From assembly GCF_000734015.1 (NCBI RefSeq), contig NZ_CP008796.1:780001-812000 (forward strand): DNA of 32,000 bases, read 5' to 3'. Shown here in pieces: positions 8,138-17,105 of this stretch. The stretch's first letter is position 1; each line of letters opens with the position of its first letter. A model generated the notes under the pieces. That model was not told the origin of the DNA, did not search any database, and was given only the letters and a program-made list of their open reading frames with translations. Origin of the DNA: Thermodesulfobacterium commune DSM 2178. Lineage in GTDB: Bacteria; Desulfobacterota; Thermodesulfobacteria; Thermodesulfobacteriales; Thermodesulfobacteriaceae. Both the position numbers and the translations under genes were made by a program.

Positions 8138-9538
8138 ATGCAACCTAAACTTTATCCTGAAGATACTATTGCTGCGATTGCTACACCTTTAGGTCGTGGA
8201 GCTATAGGTATCATCAAAATAAGCGGTGAGTCCGCTTTATCTATTTTAAAACAAATATTTAAACCCAAAAAAAATACAACTAGCTTTCAGTCTCATCGAC
8301 TTTACTATGGGTTTATTGTGGACCCAGAAACAGAAAAAGTAATAGACGAGGTTATGGCAGTTTACATGCAAAAACCTAAGACGTATACAAGGGAAGATGT
8401 GGTAGAGATTTATGCCCATAGTGGGACTCTTATTTTAAGAAAAATCTTAGAACTTGTTTTAAAAGCAGGGGCAAGGCTTGCTCAACCAGGAGAGTTTACT
8501 TTAAGGGCTTACCTCAACGGAAGGATTGACCTTTCCCAAGCAGAAGCGATTCAAGAGCTGATCTCAGCCAAAACAGAAAAGGCTCTACAACTTTCCTTAA
8601 ACACCCTCTTAGGCAGGTTTTCAGAAAAGATAAATCAAATAAGGCAGCATCTCTTAGACCTTTTAGCTCAGGTAGAAAGCGCCATAGACTTTCCAGAAGA
8701 AAACCTTGAGATACTGGAACCACCTCAACTTATTGAAAGAATCAACTCTCAAGTTATTCCTGAATTACAACAGCTTATCAAAAATTATCAAGAAGGAAAG
8801 GTATATAAAGAAGGTATCAGTTTAGTGATAGCTGGGAAACCTAATGTAGGAAAATCCTCTTTAATGAACGCCCTTTTAAAAGAAGAACGGGCTATCGTTA
8901 CCCCTATCCCTGGAACTACCAGAGACTTTTTAGAGGAAGAGGCAACTATCGAGGGACTTCCGGTTAAACTCATAGACACTGCCGGTATAAGGGCTACAGA
9001 AGACCCTATAGAAAAAATAGGGGTAGAAAGGGCTAAACACAAATTTAAAGAGGCGGACCTTATCTTGTTTTTGGTAGACGTAAGTTCTCCTCCTTCTGAA
9101 GAAGAAAAAAACCTTTTTGAAGAGGTAAAAATCTACCCCCACTTGGTTTTAATCAACAAAATAGACTTAATACCAAACTATTTAGAAGCATGGGAGAAAG
9201 AACTCGAAAAATGGGGGGTCAAAGACTACTTACCTATTTCTGTAAAAGAAGGAAAAAACTTAGACCTTTTGGGTAAAAAAATCTTTGAAAAAATCACCGG
9301 AGGTAAAGAACCAGAGATACCTGAGTTAGTACCTAACTTAAGACAAAAAATCTCTTTAGAAAAGGCGATAAGGTATCTAGAAAACGCTTTAGAAGAGCTT
9401 AAAAAACCTAACCCCCTTCCTGAGATCATCTCTATAGAAATAAGAGAGGCGATCTCTGCTCTTTCTGAAATCATAGGAGAGGTTACCACCGAAGACCTTT
9501 TGACTCAAATCTTTTCGACTTTTTGTATAGGAAAATAA
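8138..9538 (+). CDS. mnmE: tRNA modification GTPase MnmE (TrmE)
   Basis: N-terminus DTIAAIATPLGRGAIGIIKISG, G-domain motifs GKPNVGKSSL / DTAGIR / NKID, and the diagnostic C-terminal FCIGK. Confidence 0.92.
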   Translation: MQPKLYPEDTIAAIATPLGRGAIGIIKISGESALSILKQIFKPKKNTTSFQSHRLYYGFIVDPETEKVIDEVMAVYMQKPKTYTREDVVEIYAHSGTLILRKILELVLKAGARLAQPGEFTLRAYLNGRIDLSQAEAIQELISAKTEKALQLSLNTLLGRFSEKINQIRQHLLDLLAQVESAIDFPEENLEILEPPQLIERINSQVIPELQQLIKNYQEGKVYKEGISLVIAGKPNVGKSSLMNALLKEERAIVTPIPGTTRDFLEEEATIEGLPVKLIDTAGIRATEDPIEKIGVERAKHKFKEADLILFLVDVSSPPSEEEKNLFEEVKIYPHLVLINKIDLIPNYLEAWEKELEKWGVKDYLPISVKEGKNLDLLGKKIFEKITGGKEPEIPELVPNLRQKISLEKAIRYLENALEELKKPNPLPEIISIEIREAISALSEIIGEVTTEDLLTQIFSTFCIGK

Positions 9539-9552
9539 GGGCAGAGGATTAA

Positions 9553-10326
9553 ATGTACGTCCTTTCTTTAGCAGGACTTGACCCTTCAGGAGGGGCAGGA
9601 GTTTTAGTAGATGTTAAGGTCTTCTCTCTGTTAGGTTTAAAAGGAGGTGGGATACCCACAGCCCTTACCCTGCAAAACACCTCTGTTTTTAAAGGCTGGG
9701 TCCCGATAGATTTAGATTATTTTAAAGAAGCTTTACAGATGGTGTTCTCTGACCTACCTGTAACCGGTGTAAAAATAGGTATGGTTGGGGCTTGCGAGGT
9801 GTTAGAAATACTTGTCTTTTACCTTAGAAAATATCGGCAGCAACTTTTAGCAGTAGTTTATGACCCTGTGCTTAAGGCTACCCTAAATCATCCTCTTTTT
9901 TCTTCTGAAGAATTTTTAGACTTAGTCAAAAGGGAACTACTCCCTCTTTTAGACTTTATTACCCCTAATCTTTATGAAGCTTCTTTGCTAACCGGTAAAG
10001 AGATAAAAACTGAAGAAGATTTAGAGAAGACAGCCAAAACCCTTTTGGAATATGGATGCAAGCAGGTGGTGATTACAGGTTATCAAAAAAAGAATAAGAT
10101 TTACGACTATTTCTTTTCAAAAGAAGAAAAAATACCCTTAGGGAAAAAAAGGTTAAGCCTTGAATTTCATGGGACCGGGTGCGCTTTTTCTTCAAGTCTT
10201 CTGAGTTTTTTAGTGAAAGGTTTTCCTCCTTTTTCTGCCTTTAAAAAAGCCAAAAATTGGTTATACTTATACCTCAAAAAAGCAAGCGTTCAACCTTTAG
10301 GAGGTAAGATATGCCTATTTCTTTAG
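9553..10326 (+). CDS. thiD: hydroxymethylpyrimidine/phosphomethylpyrimidine kinase (ThiD/PdxK family)
   Basis: LSLAGLDPSGGAGVLVDVKVF...GIPTALTLQNT, VKIGMVG, ITPNLYEASLLTG and GTGCAFSS are ribokinase-fold ThiD motifs. The C-terminus is short and overlaps gatC by 16 nt. Confidence 0.8.
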   Translation: MYVLSLAGLDPSGGAGVLVDVKVFSLLGLKGGGIPTALTLQNTSVFKGWVPIDLDYFKEALQMVFSDLPVTGVKIGMVGACEVLEILVFYLRKYRQQLLAVVYDPVLKATLNHPLFSSEEFLDLVKRELLPLLDFITPNLYEASLLTGKEIKTEEDLEKTAKTLLEYGCKQVVITGYQKKNKIYDYFFSKEEKIPLGKKRLSLEFHGTGCAFSSSLLSFLVKGFPPFSAFKKAKNWLYLYLKKASVQPLGGKICLFL

Positions 10327-10607
10327 AAGAAATCCTTAAAATCGCCCACTTATGCAGACTTGAATTTGATGAAGAGGAGGCTAAAAAGTTTTCTGAAGAG
10401 CTTTCTAAAATTTTAGACTATTTTGAAACCTTACAAACTTTGGACACTCAAGATGTACCACCTACCTTTCATGCCGTAAAACTTCCTACCCCTTATAGAG
10501 AAGATGAGGTTAAAACGTTCGATAACATAGAAGGTTTGCTGGCTAATTCTCCTAAGGTTAAAGATAACATGATAGTAGTTCCTAAGGTAGTGAAAGCTCC
10601 TTCATAA
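10311..10607 (+). CDS. gatC: Asp/Glu-tRNA(Asn/Gln) amidotransferase subunit C
   Basis: ISLEEILKIAHLCRLEFDEEEAKKFSEELSKILDYFETLQTLDT and ...YREDEV match GatC. AGGAGG SD upstream. Directly precedes gatA. Confidence 0.9.
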   Translation: MPISLEEILKIAHLCRLEFDEEEAKKFSEELSKILDYFETLQTLDTQDVPPTFHAVKLPTPYREDEVKTFDNIEGLLANSPKVKDNMIVVPKVVKAPS

Positions 10608-10625
10608 ACTCAAGAGAGGTGAGAG

Positions 10626-12095
10626 ATGAAAAGCACAACCCTAACAGAGTTTACCATAAAAAATGCTTTGGAGATGCTTGAAAAAGGAGAAATAAGCTCT
10701 GTTGAGCTTGTCGAAGAAACGTTTAACCAAATTAAAAGGTTTGATCCTGAGGTCAAAGCCTTTTTGCATCTGTTTGAAGAAGAAGCTCTTTCAAAAGCCA
10801 AAGAAGCTGACGAAAAACGAAAAAAAGGCGAAAAAGGAAGCCTTTTAGGAATACCTCTTTCTATTAAAGACAACATTTGTATCAAGGGCTATCCTACGAC
10901 CTGTGCTTCCAAAATTTTAGAAAACTTTATCGCCCCTTATGAAGCTACGGTGGTTGAAAAACTCAAAGCTGAAGGGGCTGTGTTGATAGGAAAGACGAAC
11001 TTGGATGAGTTTGCCATGGGATCTTCTACAGAAAATTCTGCCTTTTTTCCTACAAGGAATCCATGGGATTTAGAAAGGGTGCCTGGAGGCTCATCTGGCG
11101 GTTCTGCTGCGGCTGTAGCTGTAAGGATGGGGCTTGGGTCTTTGGGTTCTGATACAGGAGGGTCTATCAGACAACCTGCCGCTTTTTGTGGGGTGGTAGG
11201 ATTAAAACCTACTTATGGCCTGGTCTCCCGTTATGGTTTGGTAGCCTTTGCTTCTTCTTTAGACCAGATCGGACCTTTCGGATTAACCGTAGAAGACACT
11301 GCTATACTCTTAAAAGCCATCGCAGGAAAGGATGAAAAAGACTCTACCTCTGCCGCGGTTAGCATACCAGACTACCTACAAGTAATACATCAAAACGAAA
11401 AAACTAAATTTACCATAGGTCTACCTAAAGAATATCTCCAAACAGAAATGGACCCAGAAATAAAACAAAAGATCGAAGAGGTGGTAAACCTGCTCAGGAA
11501 AACCCATGAAATTAAAGAGGTGTCTTTACCTCACACCCCTTATGCAGTAGCTACTTATTATATCATCGCTCCTGCTGAAGCTTCATCAAACCTGGCACGT
11601 TACGATGGTGTTAAATATGGATTAAGAGTGGAAAGCACTAACTTGATTGACATGTATAAAAAAACCAGAGCCAAAGGGTTTGGAAAAGAGGTAAAAAGAA
11701 GGATCATGATAGGAACTTATGCCCTTTCTGCCGGATACTATGATGCCTTTTATCTCAAAGCCTCTAAGGTGAGAACCCTGATTTTAAGGGACTTTTTAGA
11801 GGCTTTTAAACAGGTTGACCTTTTAATCACCCCTGTAACCCCTACTCCACCCTTTAAAATAGGAGAAAAGATTACCGACCCCTTGCAGATGTACCTTTCT
11901 GACATCTTTACCATCCCGGTTAATCTGGCAGGACTTCCTGGTATTAGCCTACCAATAGGCCTTAACTCAGAGGGGCTTCCTATAGGATTACAAATAATAG
12001 GACCTCATTTTAGAGAAGATTTACTCCTTAGCTTGGCCTATCAAATAGAAAAAATGATAGACCAAAGGTTTATACCTCCTCTGTTAAAAAATTGA
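10626..12095 (+). CDS. gatA: Asp/Glu-tRNA(Asn/Gln) amidotransferase subunit A
   Basis: Amidase signature GGSSGGSAAAVA...GSDTGGSIRQPAAFCGVVGLKPTYG. 489 aa, following gatC. Confidence 0.92.
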   Translation: MKSTTLTEFTIKNALEMLEKGEISSVELVEETFNQIKRFDPEVKAFLHLFEEEALSKAKEADEKRKKGEKGSLLGIPLSIKDNICIKGYPTTCASKILENFIAPYEATVVEKLKAEGAVLIGKTNLDEFAMGSSTENSAFFPTRNPWDLERVPGGSSGGSAAAVAVRMGLGSLGSDTGGSIRQPAAFCGVVGLKPTYGLVSRYGLVAFASSLDQIGPFGLTVEDTAILLKAIAGKDEKDSTSAAVSIPDYLQVIHQNEKTKFTIGLPKEYLQTEMDPEIKQKIEEVVNLLRKTHEIKEVSLPHTPYAVATYYIIAPAEASSNLARYDGVKYGLRVESTNLIDMYKKTRAKGFGKEVKRRIMIGTYALSAGYYDAFYLKASKVRTLILRDFLEAFKQVDLLITPVTPTPPFKIGEKITDPLQMYLSDIFTIPVNLAGLPGISLPIGLNSEGLPIGLQIIGPHFREDLLLSLAYQIEKMIDQRFIPPLLKN

Positions 12096-12113
12096 GCTTC
12101 AAGGATAAGAAAC

Positions 12114-12989
12114 ATGAAAAAAAAGGCACTTGGCAAAGGGCTTTCTGAACTAATACCTGACATAGACCAGGAGATCTCTTTACAAGAAAAAACTGACCAT
12201 AAAGGTATAAGGTTTATTCCTGTAGATCACATACTTTTTTCTCCACTACAACCTAGATTGGTGTATAAAGAAGATGAAGAGTTTGAAGAGCTGGTTAAGT
12301 CCATCAAAGAGACAGGGATTTTGCAACCTATTTTAGTACGAGAAAAAGGGGAAGGTTTGTTTGAGTGTATCGCAGGAGAGCGCAGGCTTAGAGCTTGTAA
12401 AAAAGCTGGACTCTCCGAAGTCCCTGCCATCATCAAAAACCTTTCTGATGAAGAGGTCTTAATAGTTGCGCTGATAGAAAACCTGCAAAGGAAAAATCTC
12501 AATCCCTTAGAAGAGGCTATAGCTTATAAAAACCTTGTAGAAAAGTTCGGTTATACCCAAGAAGAGATTGCAGCTAAAGTAGGTAAAGACCGTACTACTG
12601 TAGCTAATCTGCTAAGGCTTTTAAACCTTCCTCAAGAAATCCAGCAAGACCTTATGGAGGAAAAGCTTACGGTAGGACATGCTAAGGCCCTTCTATCTCT
12701 AAGTTCTAAAGAACAACAATTAGAGGTAAGAAACATTATCCTACAAAAAGGACTTTCAGTAAGAGAAACTGAAAGACTGGTTAACAAGCTTTTAGCAGGA
12801 GAGAAAGCCAAAAAATTAAAACAACCTGACCCTAATCTTTTATATCTGTCTGAAGAAATAAGTAAGCTTGTTGGCACAAAGGTTAATATAAAAATACAAA
12901 ACAAAAAAACTTATTTCATCTTCGAGTTTGAAGAACCAGAAAGGGTAGAAGATTTTTTGGAAACTCTTAAAAAAGCCTTCGGTATTTAG
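12114..12989 (+). CDS. parB: chromosome partitioning protein ParB/Spo0J
   Basis: N-terminal LGKGLSELI, CTP-binding box IAGERRLRACKKAG, and HTH YTQEEIAAKVGKDRTTVANLLRLLNLP. No parA/soj gene lies upstream; gatA ends 18 nt before this start. Confidence 0.9.
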   Translation: MKKKALGKGLSELIPDIDQEISLQEKTDHKGIRFIPVDHILFSPLQPRLVYKEDEEFEELVKSIKETGILQPILVREKGEGLFECIAGERRLRACKKAGLSEVPAIIKNLSDEEVLIVALIENLQRKNLNPLEEAIAYKNLVEKFGYTQEEIAAKVGKDRTTVANLLRLLNLPQEIQQDLMEEKLTVGHAKALLSLSSKEQQLEVRNIILQKGLSVRETERLVNKLLAGEKAKKLKQPDPNLLYLSEEISKLVGTKVNIKIQNKKTYFIFEFEEPERVEDFLETLKKAFGI

Positions 12990-13005
12990 AACTATTTTCT
13001 AACAT

Positions 13006-13347
13006 TTAAGCCCTTACATAGGCATATCCTTCCTGTTGCAGCTCTACCAAAGCTTTAATACCAGCAGGAACGGTTTTACCTCCTTTAGGCACTGCCTCAA
13101 AAGGTATGTTAAAGCCTTTTAAAGCGTTTTCACAAAAATAAACCTCTCCTCCTAAATCAAGTAGCTCGTTAAAAAGGTCTGTATAAGGGGTAAAATCTTT
13201 TAAAACGGTTATTCCTTCAAAGTTCACGATTATTTTAACCAAAGGTTGTTCTTCAGACCTACAGGCATTAAGAAAATTTTTCGCCATTTTTAATGCTGGT
13301 ACAAACCTATCAGATTGAGGAACATGTAATAAAAGCTTTAACTCCAT
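13006..13347 (-). CDS. small DsrE/DsrF-like (COG1416-type) protein
   Basis: 113 aa. The pattern IIVNFEGITVLK...GGEVYFCENALKGFNI...VPAGIKALVELQQEGYAYVRA resembles the small DsrE-related sulfur-relay-fold family. The assignment rests on my recollection of the family consensus. Confidence 0.55.
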   Translation of the reverse strand: MELKLLLHVPQSDRFVPALKMAKNFLNACRSEEQPLVKIIVNFEGITVLKDFTPYTDLFNELLDLGGEVYFCENALKGFNIPFEAVPKGGKTVPAGIKALVELQQEGYAYVRA

Positions 13348-13361
13348 ACTTACCCCCTCAT

Positions 13362-14378
13362 CTATGATAATATATCCAAGTTCTCAAACTCTTTTTTAAG
13401 ACTCCTTGAAAGGAGCCTTTTCAAACATTTTTGAGGGTTTTCCTTTTCAAAAAGGACATGGTAAACCTCTTCACAGATAGGCATCTCTATCTTAAAATGA
13501 CGGGCTAAACTCCTTACCACTTTAGAAGTTTTAACTCCTTCAGCTACCTCTCTCAGGTTTTGCAGGATATCCTCTAATTTTTCTCCCTTTCCTATTCGGT
13601 ATCCCACCTGATAATTCCGAGAAAGGGCACCTGTACAGGTTAAAACAAGGTCTCCAAGGCCTGCTAGCCCATAAAAAGTAGAAGGCTGTCCCCCCATCTT
13701 GATACCTAAACGTATCATCTCTATAAGACCACGGGTTATCAAAGAAGCCCTGGCATTAAGACCTAATTGAAGTCCGTCGCAAATTCCAGAAGCTATGGCT
13801 ATCACGTTTTTTATAGCTCCAGCGATCTCAACCCCGAGAGGGTCATCGCTTCTGTAAACCCTAAAATAAGGCTGGGCGATTAGTTCTTGGATCTTTTTGG
13901 TTTCTTCTTCTTTTTTACCTGCCAAAACTACCGCTGTAGGAAGCTCCTTAGCCACCTCTTTAGCAAAAGAAGGTCCTCCCAACACCATCACTTCGTAACC
14001 CTCAGGCAACAACTCCGTTAATATATTATAAGGGGTCTTTCCTGTTTCTAAGTCTATACCTTTGATAGCGGAAACATGATATTTTATCCGTTTAGCCAAA
14101 GATTTTAACCCTTCTAACAAATGTCTTAAGGCATAAGAAGGCACCACCCAAAAAACAGCCTCAGAATTACCAAAAGCTTCTTCTGGGTCTAAGGTAGCTT
14201 TTAATTTTTTAGGTAGCTTAATTCCTGGGAGGTAAAAAGGATTTTCTTTTTCTTTATTGATACTATCACAAACGACCTCCCTTCTAACTAAAAGAGAAAC
14301 CTCGATGTCTTTTGAGGCTAATACTTTACCTAAAGCTGTTCCCCAACTTCCTCCTCCTACTACCGTTATCTTCTTCAT
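13362..14378 (-). CDS. gpsA: NAD(P)H-dependent glycerol-3-phosphate dehydrogenase
   Basis: Rossmann N-terminus KITVVGGGSWGTALGKVLA, then GPSFAKEVA, NVIAIASGI and GLGDLVLTCTGALSRNYQVG are GpsA motifs. Confidence 0.92.
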   Translation of the reverse strand: MKKITVVGGGSWGTALGKVLASKDIEVSLLVRREVVCDSINKEKENPFYLPGIKLPKKLKATLDPEEAFGNSEAVFWVVPSYALRHLLEGLKSLAKRIKYHVSAIKGIDLETGKTPYNILTELLPEGYEVMVLGGPSFAKEVAKELPTAVVLAGKKEEETKKIQELIAQPYFRVYRSDDPLGVEIAGAIKNVIAIASGICDGLQLGLNARASLITRGLIEMIRLGIKMGGQPSTFYGLAGLGDLVLTCTGALSRNYQVGYRIGKGEKLEDILQNLREVAEGVKTSKVVRSLARHFKIEMPICEEVYHVLFEKENPQKCLKRLLSRSLKKEFENLDILS

Positions 14379-14395
14379 ATACTCATACCTCTTTT

Positions 14396-16042
14396 TTATG
14401 GTATCAAATATTTTTGTCTTTCTTTAGGAACCCACCATTCTTCTAAGTTATACCCTATTCCTATGGCTGAGGTTTTTACCTCCTGAACCCTTGAACTTAT
14501 AGCCTCTAAACTCATAGGTATATAAAGAAATGTATAGGGTTGGTCTTCAGCCAAGATCTCTTGTACTTTAAAATAGATTTTCTTTCGTTTTTTTACATCT
14601 AAGGTATATCTTCCTTGTTCTAAAAGACGATCAAGTTCAGGATTAGCGTATCCCACAAAATTTAACCCAGGAGAGACTGTTTTGGAAGAATGGAAAATGT
14701 CGTAAAGGTCTGGGTCTGGGCCAGTAGACCAACCCAAGATAACTGCTTCAAACCTTCTTTTGTCTATAAACTGATGGATAAGGGTGGTCCATTCTAAAGT
14801 TCGAATGTTTACCTTTATTCCTATTTTTGAAAGCTCTTGTTGAATAATCTGAGCGGCAAGAAGCCTTGGAAGATTACCTTGATTAACCAATAGGGTAAAC
14901 TCAAAGGGTTTACCTTCCCTTTCTAACAAACCTTTTTCGTTTCTCTTAAAACCTGCTTCTAAGAGTAAGGTTAAAGCCTTTTGAGGATCATAGGGACAAC
15001 TTTTTTCTATCGCCGGGTTGTAAAACCAGGTATCAGGTTTATAAGGACCATAAGCCGGTATCCCCTGACCTAAAAGCGCCCCCTTTACTATCTTTTGTTT
15101 ATCTATCGCATAACACAAAGCCTTTCTTACCCTTTTGTCTCTAAAAATCGGATGAGCCAGGTTATACCCTATGTAAGTAAAAGAAAAAGCAGGATATTTA
15201 TAGATATGAAAAGACTTTTCTATTTCTTTTTCCCTCTGAAGTTTTAAGTATTGAAGAGGGGTTAAGGAAACCCAATCTATACTCCCAGAACGAAGTTCCA
15301 TAAAAAGGGTTGTAGGGTCAGGAATGATACGATAGATAAGATAGTTTAAATAAGGTCTACCTTTATAGTAAAGAGGATTAGCTTTTAAAACAATTTCCTG
15401 CTGAGTCTTCCATCGTACCAACGTAAAAGGGCCATTACCGATGGGATTTCTTCCAAAAACATTTTTTAAATAATCAAGGTCCTTCCCCTCAAGCAGATGT
15501 TTCGGAAGAACCACCAAATTACCCCAAGAAGACAGAGCTAAAGCAAATGGCCTTTTATAGGTAACCCTAAAGGTATAAGGATCAAGTATCTCAAACTTTT
15601 CTACCTCAAGAAAATCGCTGGCATAGGGAGTAGGTATCTTAGGGTCAGTAATCAACCGGTAACCAAAAGCTACATCTTCTGCTGTAACCTCAACCCCATC
15701 ACTCCATTTAACTCCTTTTCTTAAATAAAAAGTAAAAGTTTTTTGATCTTCTGATATTTCATACCTTTCAGCCAATTCCCCTACAAGATTAAGGTCAGGT
15801 CCGTATTTAACCACCCCCAAAAACAGATGCCCCCCTATCGTATGACTCATAACATCTGTGGCTATCATAGGCACCATTACGCTGGCATCAGCTATAGCTC
15901 CTATAACCAGGGCATCTCCGTAGTCTTTAGAAAAGCTCTGTTTAGAGGTAGTTCCATAAAGCAAAATCAACGTCCCAAAACCAAAAGTAAAACATAAAAC
16001 TAAAACTAAAACTAAAATTAAAAACTTTGGTTTCAACGACAT
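14396..16042 (-). CDS. ABC transporter substrate-binding protein, family 5 (peptide/nickel type), no cognate permease in window
   Basis: 548 aa with an N-terminal hydrophobic anchor (FLILVLVLVLCFTFGFGTLILL). Family-5 SBP motifs ...LVGELAERYEISEDQKTFTFYLRKGVKWSDG..VTAEDV and ...GPDPD... Confidence 0.85.
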   Translation of the reverse strand: MSLKPKFLILVLVLVLCFTFGFGTLILLYGTTSKQSFSKDYGDALVIGAIADASVMVPMIATDVMSHTIGGHLFLGVVKYGPDLNLVGELAERYEISEDQKTFTFYLRKGVKWSDGVEVTAEDVAFGYRLITDPKIPTPYASDFLEVEKFEILDPYTFRVTYKRPFALALSSWGNLVVLPKHLLEGKDLDYLKNVFGRNPIGNGPFTLVRWKTQQEIVLKANPLYYKGRPYLNYLIYRIIPDPTTLFMELRSGSIDWVSLTPLQYLKLQREKEIEKSFHIYKYPAFSFTYIGYNLAHPIFRDKRVRKALCYAIDKQKIVKGALLGQGIPAYGPYKPDTWFYNPAIEKSCPYDPQKALTLLLEAGFKRNEKGLLEREGKPFEFTLLVNQGNLPRLLAAQIIQQELSKIGIKVNIRTLEWTTLIHQFIDKRRFEAVILGWSTGPDPDLYDIFHSSKTVSPGLNFVGYANPELDRLLEQGRYTLDVKKRKKIYFKVQEILAEDQPYTFLYIPMSLEAISSRVQEVKTSAIGIGYNLEEWWVPKERQKYLIP

Positions 16043-16044
16043 GG

Positions 16045-16536
16045 TTATTCCTGTAAAGAGCTAATCCGAGGTTTTTTAAAAATTTTTATTCCCTTGTATA
16101 TTATCAAAATAAACCTGCTCACTACCACCAAAACGATGGCAAAAGCCCACCAAAAAACTTCAAATCCTGTGACCTTGCCTTCAAAAAGATGTATCATAAA
16201 CTCTCTTATCAAGAAGGCTATCAAAGCCTCTATCAGGATTTCCATACTTACTGCCTCGTGTTCAAAATAATCTACAAAAGCCCTTATCAATTCAAGTACC
16301 ACTATCAAACTCAATACGTTGGTTACCAGATCTTTAAAACTTGCCCTAACTGTGGGTTCACTAAAAACAAAGGTAAGATCTTTGACGGTTTTAAAAATTC
16401 CTATTCCTAAACTTACGATCAAAATGATGATGGCTAAATTAAAAGCAAGCTTAATGATACCTTTATAAACACATAAAACAACATTTTGTAAAGCCTCTAA
16501 CTGAGAAGATGGGCTACAGGGAAGGTCTTTTTTCAT
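16045..16536 (-). CDS. psiE: PsiE-like (phosphate-starvation-inducible E family) membrane protein
   Basis: 163 aa with about 4 predicted TM helices. The core VLSLIVVLELIRAFVDYFEHEAVSMEILIEALIAFLIREF resembles the PsiE family consensus. Confidence 0.6.
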   Translation of the reverse strand: MKKDLPCSPSSQLEALQNVVLCVYKGIIKLAFNLAIIILIVSLGIGIFKTVKDLTFVFSEPTVRASFKDLVTNVLSLIVVLELIRAFVDYFEHEAVSMEILIEALIAFLIREFMIHLFEGKVTGFEVFWWAFAIVLVVVSRFILIIYKGIKIFKKPRISSLQE

Positions 16537-17105
16537 ACCTTTAGTCCTACCTCCTTAAAAATTTTATAGACAGGACCTTTAGGGGTTAGTTTGCTCTCAA
16601 AAAAATCAATCTTTCTTACAGGAAACCTTATACCTTCAAGTCTTTCAGCCTCTTTGTAAAGGTTCTTAAAGTAGTCTTCAAAGGCTGACTTGTCTTTTAT
16701 TTCTTTTATCCTAAAGAGGGTGATATGGGGATGAAACCTTTGATCAAGGCCTAACTTGAATTTTTTAAAGGCTTTATGTAAATCTTCTACCAGTTTAAAC
16801 AAAGTCCCTGTCTCTTCTTTAATCCCTATCCAAACCACCCTTGGATTTCCTTTTTCAGGAAAAAACCCAAGTTTATCTATGGATAAAACAAAACTTTGAT
16901 GTTGGGTAGCCACCTTTTCTACAGACTCAACCAATCTTTCCAAAAGGTTAGCCCCAATTTCACCGAAAAAAACTAAGGTAAGATGAAAATTTTCCAGTTC
17001 TACCCATTTAGTCCTAAGACCCTCTGGTTGTGTAACTTTTTCTAAATCAGCAAGACCTTTCTTCAACTCCAAGGGCAAATCTATACCTAAGAAAACTCTC
17101 ATCAT
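16533..17105 (-). CDS. thpR: RNA 2',3'-cyclic phosphodiesterase (2H family, ThpR/LigT)
   Basis: Two H-x-T-x motifs, HLTLVFFG and HITLFR, at the spacing typical of 2H phosphoesterases. 190 aa. Confidence 0.85.
   Translation of the reverse strand: MMRVFLGIDLPLELKKGLADLEKVTQPEGLRTKWVELENFHLTLVFFGEIGANLLERLVESVEKVATQHQSFVLSIDKLGFFPEKGNPRVVWIGIKEETGTLFKLVEDLHKAFKKFKLGLDQRFHPHITLFRIKEIKDKSAFEDYFKNLYKEAERLEGIRFPVRKIDFFESKLTPKGPVYKIFKEVGLKV

Noticed and set aside
12114-12989. parS site within or near parB.
   Set aside because: No match to the TGTTNCACGTGAAACA palindrome, and no CACGTG core at all, was found by eye in parB or elsewhere in the window. A pattern search allowing 2-3 mismatches should confirm this.
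15995-16024. Tandem hexamer repeat: TAAAAC x3, followed by TAAAAT and TAAAAA.
   Set aside because: It lies inside the SBP gene and simply encodes the LVLVLVL stretch of the N-terminal hydrophobic anchor on the minus strand. It is too short to call a repeat element, and in-frame slippage is possible but speculative.
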